From a virus (lineage: Duplodnaviria > Caudoviricetes), in the IMG/VR virus record IMGVR_UViG_3300044729_002069, positions 1 to 63,089 of that record: DNA of 63,089 bases; one strand, written 5' to 3'. The notes beneath the pieces are model-generated. The model did no database searches, was not told the origin of the DNA, and was given only the letters and a program-made list of their open reading frames with translations. Below, one piece after another: positions 1 through 10,005 of the stretch; position 1 is the first letter of the stretch, and every line of letters starts with the position of its first letter. Made by a program: the position numbers and the translations under genes.

Positions 1-1028
1 CCAAAACCTCCATTACTAACAGAGCTGATTACGACGTTTCTTACAGAACTAGCTGTTAATACATAGGCATCGCTGATGGACCCACTATCAAATCCAGCAA
101 ACCTTCCGTCAGCCGTGCCATATCTAGAGCCGCTTGCCAAAATTGTTCCCTCTGTCTGATTGTAAAACCCACTAAACGCACTGCCCGTGATACTCGCCAC
201 ATCTGCGCTGCGGGTGACGGCTGTGGCGGATGTGGGGATGTAGCTGGTGGGGAAGGCGCCGACTTCTACTTGGGCGCCCCAGAGGAATGCTTTGTCGCCC
301 GTTTGAGCATCCACAACTAAGCCACCTATCCTAAATTCCCACGCTGTATTGTTTCCGCTGGCAACGGTAATGTGAATACGAAACCAACCGTTGGCTAATT
401 CTTGAAAGGTAAATGTGCCAACACCATTAACGCCGGAAAAAGTCTTTGAGCTAAAATTGAAATTTGCAAAAGTATCAATTGTCGTTCCACCACTGAAAAA
501 AGCTCTTACCAAGACTCCATTGATATCATCCGATTTTGCAAATACAGAAAAAGTGTATGTTGTGCTTGTTGCTGCTATACCTGACTGAACTACTCGATTA
601 GGCCCCCCGGCCGCAACAGTAAGGCGATCTGCGGTTGTAGCTCCATTGGGGGCAACAGCTTGATTGGCAGCAATGCTGGCAGTGCCTGCCACTGTCCACG
701 TCGTCTGAAACTCCTCACTCCTGAGCAACAAATTCGTCCGCTGCTCCTCCACCAACAACCCCAAGCTCTCCAGCGTCACCGGGTCGTGATCAAACCTCGG
801 CACGTTCGCCGCAACAATCTCGATCTGACCAGCGCTGTTCACGAACGTTCCGTCGCTCGCCCTAGTGAACGTGATCAGTTGCTGCCCGCTGACCGCATCG
901 ACCAGCGATTTCGACTCAGCGAAGCGCAGGTCCAGGGATGGCACAGCACGGGCGCGGCGCCAGAGGTCGTTCTTGGCCCACGAAGGAACCGCAATCGCTC
1001 CTCTTAGGCTAGGAATGGCTATACTCAT
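1..1028 (-). CDS. Virion spike/fibre protein (head-spike/LamG-associated type), truncated by the window edge; not in the ORF track
   Basis: Manual translation from ATG at 1028 (ATGA overlap with upstream stop): MSIAIPSLRG...PSLDLRFA...ITFTRAS...PRFDHDPVTLESLGLLVEEQRTNLL...WGAQVEVGAFPTSYIPT...VTRSAD, hallmark motifs of phage fibre/spike proteins. Confidence 0.8.
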   Translation of the reverse strand, partial: MSIAIPSLRGAIAVPSWAKNDLWRRARAVPSLDLRFAESKSLVDAVSGQQLITFTRASDGTFVNSAGQIEIVAANVPRFDHDPVTLESLGLLVEEQRTNLLLRSEEFQTTWTVAGTASIAANQAVAPNGATTADRLTVAAGGPNRVVQSGIAATSTTYTFSVFAKSDDINGVLVRAFFSGGTTIDTFANFNFSSKTFSGVNGVGTFTFQELANGWFRIHITVASGNNTAWEFRIGGLVVDAQTGDKAFLWGAQVEVGAFPTSYIPTSATAVTRSADVASITGSAFSGFYNQTEGTILASGSRYGTADGRFAGFDSGSISDAYVLTASSVRNVVISSVSNGGF

Positions 1029-1420
1029 GCCGTCACCTCCCCGGAAAGGATATAAGCATCAGTGCCAATGGGAAGTAGGGTTGCCACCGCATACCGATAG
1101 GCAGTGCGAGTTGCGTTTAGCGCTGCGTTGATCGTCACCCCAGAAGCACCAGAGGCAATCACTTGCCCAGAACCAGTCTGGACAAACATGCAATCAAAGG
1201 TTGGCGTGAGTCCAGTGGGCACTGTGACGGTTACGTTGGAATTACTGGTAAAACACAGGATCTTGCTGCGGTCAGCTTCTGACAGTGCGTAACTGGTGCC
1301 AGAAATCGTGGCGAAACTGCTTGCGCCTGCAGCGCCTTGCACGCCAGGCAGCGCAACATTAACCTCGGTCTCCCCAGTTTCAATGATCGCTACAACTGCT
1401 TGCTGGAAACTCATGATCAA
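1025..1420 (-). CDS. Virion accessory/fibre-associated protein
   Basis: 131 aa, beta-rich, coupled overlaps with both neighbours; C-terminal pattern YTL...D...TVTVP...Q.G.GQV...L.G is common in fibre domains. Confidence 0.65.
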   Translation of the reverse strand: MIMSFQQAVVAIIETGETEVNVALPGVQGAAGASSFATISGTSYALSEADRSKILCFTSNSNVTVTVPTGLTPTFDCMFVQTGSGQVIASGASGVTINAALNATRTAYRYAVATLLPIGTDAYILSGEVTA

Positions 1421-2019
1421 TTCCTGGAGAACGTCCGTTGAACTGTTGCATCGCCTGAAAGCCAGTAATACCTTTCTCCTCCCGCGCTTGTCAGGCTTAC
1501 ATCATAAGAATAAGAACCCTGGCCAAGCCCAGAAGAAACAGCAGGAGCCATGCTCATTAGGATTTCACCGTTGGCCGCGTCCGTAATTGAGCAAGCAAAA
1601 GTTGCCACTTGCTGCTCGGTAATGGGATTGTAAAGGTCGGCATCAATAATATAGCCATTAAGATCAATGGGTTTGGCAACATAAAACTGCCCAGAAGCAG
1701 TGCCACTTACATTCAGCTCGGTTCCACTAATAGTGGACGCAACCTTGAAAGCGCTTGAGCTAAGCCCTGACGCAATCACAAAGTAAACGCGATTCAATTC
1801 CAGCCCGCAAGGCAATACAACATCTCCTGTCCCAATGGAATCCGCTGTAAATACCACTCGATCATTCGCTACGAGCTTGTGACAAGCCTTGGAAAAAGTA
1901 ACGCCAGAGCCACTAACGGTAACAGCAGTTAAGTCTTGTCGCTCGTTAGTCACACGAAGAGCAGCCTTCCAAGTGGAGTTCTGGAGGATGGTAATGTCGT
2001 AACTGGCTGGGTAGATCAT
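1417..2019 (-). CDS. Tail-fibre adaptor (BppU/LtfC-like beta-sandwich) with an inserted domain
   Basis: YDITILQNSTW...IDLNGY...GSYSYDVSLT...YYWLSG; paralogous to 3500-3838. Confidence 0.6.
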   Translation of the reverse strand: MIYPASYDITILQNSTWKAALRVTNERQDLTAVTVSGSGVTFSKACHKLVANDRVVFTADSIGTGDVVLPCGLELNRVYFVIASGLSSSAFKVASTISGTELNVSGTASGQFYVAKPIDLNGYIIDADLYNPITEQQVATFACSITDAANGEILMSMAPAVSSGLGQGSYSYDVSLTSAGGERYYWLSGDATVQRTFSRN

Positions 2020-2582
2020 GCAAGGCCCACCTCTAACGTGCTCATGCGCACTTGATAGGCAGTGCCACTGGCTGGCGTATATGCTCCTCTTGTCTCCAGC
2101 TCCGCAAAGATAGATGTTTGCCCGCTTGCCAACTTCAATTGACGACCAATGTAGTCCACTTGCGCGAAGAGCACGTCTCCCATGTCGATGGGCGTGGGAA
2201 AGTCAACATAGCCCATGTAGGCATTAATCTCTCCGCTTGCCACGTTGAACACTGCATTGTCGGCAACTGCACTGGGGCTGCTATTGAACAAATGCAATCG
2301 GAATCCTGCCATTCCCGATGGCACAACAGTTTTGCCAATCAGCAAAGAAGCACTTTGGGCTAACACTGAACCGCCACTAGGGCCAATTCCGCTGAAAGTG
2401 TGAATGGCAGAAGTCGCCCCACCAACCACGTCACCAGCAGTATATCCAGACGCATTGCCGGGACGATTGAAGCTCACCACTGAACGATATGCCCTGCCGT
2501 CTACACTGATGCTGGCTCCGTCTACATCTCCCCCCAGGAGTACGGCTTGGTACTGCTCACCATTGACAACTCTCTGGGCCAT
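2016..2582 (-). CDS. Hypothetical virion protein
   Basis: ATG at 2582 preferred over the ORF-track start; RP.NASGYTAGDVVG motif; structural-module context. Confidence 0.6.
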   Translation of the reverse strand: MAQRVVNGEQYQAVLLGGDVDGASISVDGRAYRSVVSFNRPGNASGYTAGDVVGGATSAIHTFSGIGPSGGSVLAQSASLLIGKTVVPSGMAGFRLHLFNSSPSAVADNAVFNVASGEINAYMGYVDFPTPIDMGDVLFAQVDYIGRQLKLASGQTSIFAELETRGAYTPASGTAYQVRMSTLEVGLA

Positions 2583-2621
2583 AATCAGCAAGCTCCTATC
2601 TTTTTATCTTAGTGGCAAAAG

Positions 2622-3497
2622 CTATGGAGAGACGATTGCCTCTAGCGCTGCCACTCTTTGTTCTAAGAGCGTAAGTCTGTCTGTTGGCTCCCAGCGGTTA
2701 ACAGAAGCGTTCCAAGCAAGAGCATCGCCGTCGTCTTTTGAGCCATTGGCTTCCACGTCGTGCAAGTCTTGAAGTCGCCTACCAGTGTCCCAGCGAACAA
2801 AAATGACGCCATTATTAGCTGCATTGACGACAGCAGCCACTGCCAGTTTCAAATTGGGAGCTTGCGGCTCCGTCTTCGTGAAGCCACCAGGAACGCTTGG
2901 GTTGCACCACAGAATGTCGCCGTCAACATAGCTATTAGTGTTGATGCCGCGAATCTTTCCAAACACTGTCACATAGCCATCGCCAGCCCCGCCAATCTCT
3001 TGGTCTGTTACGCCGAAAAAGACATAGCCAGGCAGCGTGCCATCTGCAATCATCGGTGCCACTTTAATGCGCCCACTGTTACCAACAGCTCCAGCAAACC
3101 TTACTGCCGTCCCCTTGGGAATAGGGACCGTATTGCTATTGTTGCGGCACCGCACCATCGTCTCTTGACCAATGTAGTTGCTAATGCCCCCTTTCCCTAG
3201 TTCAAGAGTGCCTTCGTCTGCGTTCCAAGTAATCTCGCCATTACCTACGGCCTCACCTGCCGTTAGGTCAAAACGCAGCTTATCAACGATGGGCTGATCC
3301 GTCCATTCGCTGTCATAATCCTGGCTTGAGCTTTTGACCAGCAGATCATTGGTGTTGCCGCCAGGCGCCATTCCAGGCGCCATTCCAGGCTGCCACACCT
3401 CTAAAGCAACGGGGGACGATGGGGAAACAACAAGGCTAGGTTGTTCCTCTCCAACAACCACTTGCGTTTGTTGCGTGGTTACTGTTACTTGCGTCAT
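2622..3497 (-). CDS. Fibre/decoration-like virion protein
   Basis: ATG at 3497; GGNTNDLLVKSS..DYD.EW, IPKGTAV..G and LQDLHDV motifs; C-terminal coiled coil. Confidence 0.65.
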   Translation of the reverse strand: MTQVTVTTQQTQVVVGEEQPSLVVSPSSPVALEVWQPGMAPGMAPGGNTNDLLVKSSSQDYDSEWTDQPIVDKLRFDLTAGEAVGNGEITWNADEGTLELGKGGISNYIGQETMVRCRNNSNTVPIPKGTAVRFAGAVGNSGRIKVAPMIADGTLPGYVFFGVTDQEIGGAGDGYVTVFGKIRGINTNSYVDGDILWCNPSVPGGFTKTEPQAPNLKLAVAAVVNAANNGVIFVRWDTGRRLQDLHDVEANGSKDDGDALAWNASVNRWEPTDRLTLLEQRVAALEAIVSP

Positions 3498-3499
3498 AG

Positions 3500-3838
3500 T
3501 CAGCGCCCCGTCAAGCCAGGGTTCCAAAAGGCTGTGCCTTCCAGAAGGTAAAACTTGTCCCCACTGGGCTTTGTCACTAAAATGTCATAGCGCCCTTGTT
3601 CTGTGATGCCACTGGTTACGGAAGCTGCCAGTCGGATCTTAAACATGCCGCTCGCTTGCACTGTCCACGGCAAGTCAAAAGTGGCAATTTTAGTCGTGCC
3701 TGTTCGGTTCCATAGAGTGCCGCTAGTGGTGTAGCCGCTCATGTTAACAGGCGAGCCAGTGCTGTCCTTGTACTGAACGGGCAGATCGAAAGTGGCCCCT
3801 TGGTAGATAACTATGTCGTACGCGCCAGGGGCTGTCAT
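3500..3838 (-). CDS. Tail-fibre adaptor (BppU/LtfC-like)
   Basis: YDIVIYQGATF...PVNMSGYT...GRYDILVT...YLLEG. Confidence 0.65.
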   Translation of the reverse strand: MTAPGAYDIVIYQGATFDLPVQYKDSTGSPVNMSGYTTSGTLWNRTGTTKIATFDLPWTVQASGMFKIRLAASVTSGITEQGRYDILVTKPSGDKFYLLEGTAFWNPGLTGR

Positions 3839-3863
3839 CCGTCACGCTACATTGACAATGCCC

Positions 3864-4118
3864 CTATTCTAAGGGTGCAGTGCTGACAACGATCTCGCGA
3901 CGGCGCAAGAAGCCATACTCTTCCTCCATTGCACCGAAGGCATTAAGGATGGTAACGGGCATATAGCCAGTGGCCATTGCAAAGCGAAAGAACGCTTCGC
4001 ACAATGCACGTGCATTGTCGTTGCTGACTGTCATGTTCACTTCCTCATAAGCAGGTCCCATATCAGCTTTTTCAGTGGAGAAGCGGTGGGCAAAGGAAAC
4101 AGTGTTAACGAAAGCCAT
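3864..4118 (-). CDS. Small hypothetical protein with its own sigma70 promoter (moron-like)
   Basis: 84 aa; pyrimidine-rich leader CTCTTTTCCCATG; upstream promoter. Confidence 0.65.
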   Translation of the reverse strand: MAFVNTVSFAHRFSTEKADMGPAYEEVNMTVSNDNARALCEAFFRFAMATGYMPVTILNAFGAMEEEYGFLRRREIVVSTAPLE

Positions 4119-4138
4119 GGGAAAAGAGCGGGCAGCCC

Positions 4139-4167
4139 ATCCTATCAGCCAGCGCTTGCCTCGTCAA
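4139..4167 (-). promoter_or_regulatory. sigma70-type promoter
   Basis: TTGACG-N17-TAGGAT on the minus strand. Confidence 0.6.
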
Positions 4168-6176
4168 TACTTCCTAGACACCTCAAGAGTCACGGTGCCG
4201 GTGGCGACGGTCGTTGAGGTAGTGGATTCATTCCGCAGCCACACGTCGATGGCGTCAGTGCGGCATTGACCAAACAGAAATGTAGCGTTAGTGGTGTTTT
4301 TGTCATAAGAAATCTTGTTGATAAAGTCTCCCAGTTTTACCCCAGGGGCTGAGATACTCAGGGTCGCCACATCGTTTGCGGCGATGGTGCCTGGGCTCCA
4401 TGCGGAAGTGAAGGTTGATGGGTCAATACCGGGGGAGTTACGGACCACCGGAGGGAAGTTGTGAGTATCGGAACTCCTTTCTATGATGTTTGTTGGGTTG
4501 TTTAGGGCGTTACAGCCGTCGATTACGACGTTTGTAGGGGTGGCGGCAACCTGAACACCGATACCTGGAATGCCCTCGAAGTCATCGTTATACCAGTCGC
4601 AGTTTCGGATTCGACCAGTGCCGATGGTTATGTCATCAGTTAATCCTATTGCCTCGACTCCAGTAGCTGGCTCAGTCCGTACTCGAATGCCGTACTGAGC
4701 GTTATTCCAGCCGTCGATTATGTAGTTATCAATTAGGATATTTTGTCCTCGCTCTATCAGGATGCCTCCGCGGCCCGAGTTTCTAGCTACGTTGGTGGCT
4801 ATGTTTAAGTTGGTTAGTTGGATGTTGCTTGTACGCAACGAGCTAACCCTAAGAGCGTCTAGCGTGTGACCACCGATTTGTCCTTTTATACTTACACCCC
4901 TTATCGGCCAGCTCTCTGTAGCAGTTGCTCCAGGGCCGGAAATATTGACTCCATACCCATTATTGATGATTTGGAAAGCCGCTCCGCTGAATGTGTATGT
5001 CACCGTGTAGGTGGAGCCCGTAGTTGGTTCGGCTCCAGCAGGCGACCAATCAATGCCGCTTGTTGTTACATTGTAGTCTACTCCTTCCGTGTAGATAGTG
5101 CTCCCTTGCTTGACCTCTTTGACAAGCGTAACCGAGGACTCTGTTAGTAAGTCTGTCCCACCAGATGCGCCTTTTGTAAGTGTATCTGTCTTCTCGTTGA
5201 TGGTCCTCGCTCCACCGCCGGAGATCCACCCATCCCAGAATACACTGGTGATGGTCCCGTTGGTTGCGCTAATGGCCAAGCCCGTCCCAACGCACTTGTC
5301 AGACATGCAGTTCACAAAGGAGACGTTGCCGATAAAGTCTCCGAACTGACTTAGTAGTTGATAGTTGGCATCCTGGGTTCCAGCGATGTGAGCTTGATTG
5401 ACCCAGAGGCCGTCACATCCGATGACCCGAAGACCTACAGACAAAGATGCCCCAGGGAATGGGTTGAGAGATGGACGACTTCCCCATAGGTTAAGGTTGG
5501 AAATATAGTGGTTGGCACCAGGGTAGAACCCAGCAGAGATGGCTCCAATTAAGATGCCAAACCTTCCAGATGGTAGGGCTGGTCTATCTTGAATATCAAT
5601 GTAAAGGTTGTCTGCACGCAGCTCTGCACAGCTCCTGACCTCAATTCCGGCGTTGCCATTTTCGATAAGTATGTCTTTAACATACGGCATCCATATGTGC
5701 CTAAACGAGATGTGGTAGCCGGTTGTCATGGTGTCGGCTGTGGCAACTATTTTGCCATTGATAAGGCCAGTGGGGGAGAATGTATAGCGATAGGTGTCAA
5801 GGCTGGTTATGTCGTAGCCAAAGGTGAACGTCGGTCCATAGTTCGTTGACCTTGCAAGAATTGCTTTGTTTAGGTCGATCAGGATATAGTTTCCTGGGAC
5901 GGTAATTGTTGCCGTTAAGTTGTAAGTGACGCCGTGTTCTAGTTTGACAATGGCAGGGCGGTTGAGTGCTGCCGCTGCATTCACTGCTGCCTGTAGATTC
6001 TGCGTGGGCGTGCCACCAGTGAAGTCCGTGATATTGATTTCTAGCTTGTCAAGGTTGATGTCAATTTCTGGAGTGACCACCTTATCGACAATAGGCTTCT
6101 TCCGCGGCCTTGAAGGTCGAGCATTGTTGTGAACGAAAAGGCTATTGATTGACGCTGGAGGATTAGTGCGGGCCAT
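4164..6176 (-). CDS. Right-handed beta-helix tailspike/depolymerase-like protein
   Basis: 670 aa; T.NLQAAVNAA...G.TYNL N-terminal pectate-lyase-like motif and I/N/G-rich beta-helix repeats; more AT-rich than neighbours. Confidence 0.7.
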   Translation of the reverse strand: MARTNPPASINSLFVHNNARPSRPRKKPIVDKVVTPEIDINLDKLEINITDFTGGTPTQNLQAAVNAAAALNRPAIVKLEHGVTYNLTATITVPGNYILIDLNKAILARSTNYGPTFTFGYDITSLDTYRYTFSPTGLINGKIVATADTMTTGYHISFRHIWMPYVKDILIENGNAGIEVRSCAELRADNLYIDIQDRPALPSGRFGILIGAISAGFYPGANHYISNLNLWGSRPSLNPFPGASLSVGLRVIGCDGLWVNQAHIAGTQDANYQLLSQFGDFIGNVSFVNCMSDKCVGTGLAISATNGTITSVFWDGWISGGGARTINEKTDTLTKGASGGTDLLTESSVTLVKEVKQGSTIYTEGVDYNVTTSGIDWSPAGAEPTTGSTYTVTYTFSGAAFQIINNGYGVNISGPGATATESWPIRGVSIKGQIGGHTLDALRVSSLRTSNIQLTNLNIATNVARNSGRGGILIERGQNILIDNYIIDGWNNAQYGIRVRTEPATGVEAIGLTDDITIGTGRIRNCDWYNDDFEGIPGIGVQVAATPTNVVIDGCNALNNPTNIIERSSDTHNFPPVVRNSPGIDPSTFTSAWSPGTIAANDVATLSISAPGVKLGDFINKISYDKNTTNATFLFGQCRTDAIDVWLRNESTTSTTVATGTVTLEVSRKY

Positions 6177-6212
6177 GGTGGTGACTAGGCCCGCACAGTG
6201 CGGGCGGGATGA

Positions 6213-6353
6213 TTAGCTGCCTTGTCCTCGGCTCAATTTCCTGCCGTGACTCGGTTTACTGTGGGCGCCATTGCCCTGTCGCGTCTTTTTAGGGCGGGAC
6301 ACTGGGCGCTGATTGCGCTGCCCACTGATGCCGGTTTTAGCCTTGACTGCCAT
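6213..6353 (-). CDS. Small basic protein (46 aa) of the cyanophage PKKTRQG...RGQG type; not in the ORF track
   Basis: Manual translation MAVKAKTGISGQRNQRPVSRPKKTRQGNGAHSKPSHGRKLSRGQGS; pyrimidine-rich leader TTTTCCCATG. Confidence 0.75.
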   Translation of the reverse strand: MAVKAKTGISGQRNQRPVSRPKKTRQGNGAHSKPSHGRKLSRGQGS

Positions 6354-6376
6354 GGGAAAAGAAAGAAAGCGACAGT

Positions 6377-9091
6377 CTACTGCTGCTCCAGGGCGGAAAG
6401 GCGAGCTTCAAGGGCTTCAATTTGCGCACGCTGCTCTTGCACTACGTTGACAAGGTGGACAACGTAGCGGTCGTATTGCACGCCATCAGGCGCTCCTTCT
6501 GCATTGTGATGCACAAGACGAGGATCAATCTCTTCCACTTCCTCGGCAATAAAACCCCAGTAACTATTTTCTTTTGGATCGCCCTCGCAAATAGAGCGAT
6601 ACCACACGGGCCTCGTCCCATAGACGATTTCCTCGCTCTGTTCTAGGTTGGCGGTTTCTACGTCTGTCTTGTAACGAATGGAGGAAGTAGAGCGCTGGAT
6701 GCGACCGCCTGAAGTGAGAAAGGCATTGGCCGCAGATGCTGTTGTGTCAGTGATCGTCGTAAGTAGGAACGTGTTGGAAGCCGCGTTCAAATAGAGGGCG
6801 CCATTGCTTGTTGAAATTTCTGTAGTGGCAGCAAACAGCATTCGTCGCCCGCCCGCCGACTGGGAATTACCAAAGTCAAGACGGAACATCTCCACTCCGC
6901 TTGCCGCAATCGCAGGCGTATTAGCAGCAGCCCTGAACATGCCAGTATCTGTGTCGTTCTGCCAAACGAACGACGGCAGTGCAGCAGTGTCAGCGCCTAC
7001 GCCATAGAAACGACTGTTCGTATTGGTTGACTGATCCAATACTTGCACCACGGCATCTTGCGTGTTGGTTGCAGTGATGGTTCCGCTGGGCACAAATGCA
7101 ACGGCAGAAGCAGTTTGCCCCACTGCAGCAGTGCTCAAGTCAATTTCATTCCAAGCGCTACCGTCGCTCAGGATCAAGTCGGGAGGCGCAAGCGCAACGC
7201 CAGGGGCGGGGGAAGTGCCGGTGCCGCCGCTTGATACCACAACATAGAAACCATTGTTTTGATCAGAAGCTGCAGGCAGGCCGCTGCCCACGATCAAGCC
7301 AATAGCATCACCCTGATCTGTGACGGTTGCGACTGTGTTATTGGCGGCGTTGTAAGTACCAGCAAAGATAATGCCTCCAACGCTGATACCAATGGGCTGC
7401 CAGACATTGCCGTCCCACATAAAGAAGCTGCGCTCTAGCGGGTTGAAGAAAAGCTGGCCGGTGTATTCAGCCTGTGGAGCCGTGTTTGCAATTTGAGCAG
7501 TGGAATAGTCAGCTAGTTTTGCGCCGTTGACAGAATCATCGGCAAAGCGTTCTGTCGGGAACTCGCCAGTCTCAATTTGGGAGGCATTAAGTGCTGGAAT
7601 GTCGAGAGTGGTAAGGCCAGTCGCAGCAGAAATATGGCCTTGGCTGTCAAAAGTGAAACCATTGATGGTCGTCCCAGAAACGCTATTAACGTGGTTAATG
7701 ACGCCGCTGGTTACGCTTAAGCCAGTACCAGGGCTCACTGCTCCAACCGTGCCGCTAGTCGCCAGAGGCAGGTCACTAGCCACAAGCGCACGGAACGTAG
7801 GGGCTACGCCACTGCCGCTAGTCGGCCCTGCCCAGACAGTGTTAGCAGACTGCGCACTGCTGCTGACAGTGATGGTGGAACTGAAATTATCTGGATACGA
7901 TGGGGAGAAGCTGAGGGGAGTGCTGCCAGAAAAAGCAAGCGTGGCAATTCCACTGAGGCGCTGCCAAGCAGAGCCAGTCCACGTATATTCAAGGCCCGTG
8001 TTGGTATTGACATGTTGCTGACCAATGAACGCACCACTGGCGACAGGCGCTGCAGTGCCAACTACAACGGCAGAGTTGTCATTGAGCTTGTCAGCCGTTA
8101 CGGCATTATCTCCAAGCTTTGCTACAGTAACTGCCCCGTCCGCAATCTTGGCGGAACTAACCACGCCGCTTGCAATGGTGGCAGCAAACGTGCCACTACC
8201 AGTGCCAGTTACGTCGCCCGTCAGCGTGATCGTTTGATCGCCCGTGTTCGTGCCAGTGCTGGTGCCAGCAAACGTGCTGCCATTTGTCCATGTGCCGTTG
8301 GCAGTGGCAAGCGTGCCCAGGCCGAGCGTTGCACGCTGCGTAGTGGCGTCTGCGTCGTCCAGCAAGGCCCTTCCCGCAGCCGTGCAGGCAATCTCTTCAA
8401 TGGTGCCGCTAGTGGCCGAGCTACGCCCCAGCAGGCGGTCCCCAGAGGACACTGCTTGAATGCGGTCGTAGTTGACAGTGTTAGCAGCCAGGCGAGTGCC
8501 AGTGATTGTGCCAGTGGCAATGTTGCCAGCCAAGATCGTGCCGCTTGCAATTTGCGCAGTCGTGATCGTGCCGCTTGCAATCTTCGCGGCAGACACACTG
8601 CCATCGGCATAGGCAGCAGTGTTCAAGCCAGAAGAAACAATTTGAGCCGTGGTGATCGTGCCACTTGCAATCTTCGTTGCACTGATCGACCCATCGCTAA
8701 TCCCTGAAGCGCCAAGCACTACTTGCTGGTAGCTCGTCCCATTGAAAACTTGCAGGTTGCCAGTGGAGCTATTGAAAAAGCCTCTCCCTTCAAAGTTATC
8801 CCCGCTAGGCGCCGTGGTCTGCACGGCAATGGAACTGTCGTTTGCCAGCTTTGCTGCCGTAATGGCATCATCGGCAATGGAGGCAGTGCCGAGCTTGGTA
8901 GTGCTGTTCTGGTTGAACAGGCCAAGGTTGAGAGTGCCGCTAGGGACCAATGCCACGCCAGCAGCAACCAGCTCGCTAACAGTGGTCTTCTTGGTTTGTG
9001 ACGCCGAAACATCAACAACCGCCAATAAGTCTCCAGATGCTATTGCTGCTAATGGCAGCGCTGGCAGTTGTGAGATTCTTTGGTCAGCCAA
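6377..9091 (-). CDS. Long tail fibre with C-terminal intramolecular chaperone (peptidase S74-like)
   Basis: Repeats of [S/A]VTAAKIA[D/S]G; C-terminal SSIRYKTDVE...WGFIAEEV...P.LV...VQYD plus coiled coil; TTG start. Confidence 0.85.
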   Translation of the reverse strand: MADQRISQLPALPLAAIASGDLLAVVDVSASQTKKTTVSELVAAGVALVPSGTLNLGLFNQNSTTKLGTASIADDAITAAKLANDSSIAVQTTAPSGDNFEGRGFFNSSTGNLQVFNGTSYQQVVLGASGISDGSISATKIASGTITTAQIVSSGLNTAAYADGSVSAAKIASGTITTAQIASGTILAGNIATGTITGTRLAANTVNYDRIQAVSSGDRLLGRSSATSGTIEEIACTAAGRALLDDADATTQRATLGLGTLATANGTWTNGSTFAGTSTGTNTGDQTITLTGDVTGTGSGTFAATIASGVVSSAKIADGAVTVAKLGDNAVTADKLNDNSAVVVGTAAPVASGAFIGQQHVNTNTGLEYTWTGSAWQRLSGIATLAFSGSTPLSFSPSYPDNFSSTITVSSSAQSANTVWAGPTSGSGVAPTFRALVASDLPLATSGTVGAVSPGTGLSVTSGVINHVNSVSGTTINGFTFDSQGHISAATGLTTLDIPALNASQIETGEFPTERFADDSVNGAKLADYSTAQIANTAPQAEYTGQLFFNPLERSFFMWDGNVWQPIGISVGGIIFAGTYNAANNTVATVTDQGDAIGLIVGSGLPAASDQNNGFYVVVSSGGTGTSPAPGVALAPPDLILSDGSAWNEIDLSTAAVGQTASAVAFVPSGTITATNTQDAVVQVLDQSTNTNSRFYGVGADTAALPSFVWQNDTDTGMFRAAANTPAIAASGVEMFRLDFGNSQSAGGRRMLFAATTEISTSNGALYLNAASNTFLLTTITDTTASAANAFLTSGGRIQRSTSSIRYKTDVETANLEQSEEIVYGTRPVWYRSICEGDPKENSYWGFIAEEVEEIDPRLVHHNAEGAPDGVQYDRYVVHLVNVVQEQRAQIEALEARLSALEQQ

Positions 9092-9121
9092 GGTGGTATC
9101 CTCTCAACAGTTATGCTTAGT

Positions 9122-9997
9122 CTAATCTTCCACTTCTTGCAAGAGGAAGTCTAGCGACTGTTCAAGGCCAATCAAGCCAGCATCTTCTTTCAGGATGTAA
9201 CCCGAAGGCTGGCCAACAAGAAGCTTGATTTCGCCAGTGCTTACGAAGTCAATAGTGCAAGAGACAATGGAGCTATCCTCCACTGTAATTCCTGCCCTTG
9301 TCACCATCGCCCCCACTTCGTAGAAGACGCTACTTGCGCCAGGGGTGGATGTGCCGTCAGTTAAGTAAAGCGCAAGGTCAAACTCGCTGCCAATGTCTAG
9401 TCGTTGAATGAGTTGAAGCATGAGCAAGGGCATTTCCTTTGCTCCGCTGGTCTTGTAGTCAAACAAGCAATCAATGGTGCCATTGCCGCTGATTAAGCCA
9501 GCCGTGTACTGGCTGCGAAACTTGTCCGCAAGACTGGTGGTGTCAATGGCCTCGCGGTCGGTGTTGAACGTATAGCTAGTGACATTGCCAAGCACGTTAT
9601 AGGCCGTGTCCTTCACTTGTATCTCAATGTCAAGAGGCGCGCCAGTAAAAACCTGTAGAGGCACTTCTCTGGCCCTTACGTTGTTTACGGCATCCTCAAA
9701 GCTGCGGAAGAATCGCAAACCGCCTGCTGCGTTCACATTGATGTAGAGGCTCACTTCATCGTTTAACTGGTTGTCAAGCCAAGTCGATGGAGGAAAGCAA
9801 ACGAGCTTTCGCGGATCGCTAGTGAGCATCTCTAGCCGGTCGCCAGTGAGAAGATTGTCAATGGCGCTGTCAAAGCTAAGGCGATTCAGCGACAGATTCA
9901 CGTCGTCTGGTACTATCTGCTCACTCAGTCGCCCATAGCTCAGCTTTAGTCCACGCCGAAGCCGGATGTTCCCTTTGTGCCCAACGAATACTGTCAT
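9122..9997 (-). CDS. Tail protein with tail-tube-like C-terminal domain
   Basis: VTSYTFNTDREAIDTTSL...GLISGNGTI...CTIDFVSTG resembles a tube fold; tail context. Confidence 0.6.
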   Translation of the reverse strand: MTVFVGHKGNIRLRRGLKLSYGRLSEQIVPDDVNLSLNRLSFDSAIDNLLTGDRLEMLTSDPRKLVCFPPSTWLDNQLNDEVSLYINVNAAGGLRFFRSFEDAVNNVRAREVPLQVFTGAPLDIEIQVKDTAYNVLGNVTSYTFNTDREAIDTTSLADKFRSQYTAGLISGNGTIDCLFDYKTSGAKEMPLLMLQLIQRLDIGSEFDLALYLTDGTSTPGASSVFYEVGAMVTRAGITVEDSSIVSCTIDFVSTGEIKLLVGQPSGYILKEDAGLIGLEQSLDFLLQEVED

Positions 9998-10005
9998 GCT
10001 GTTCC

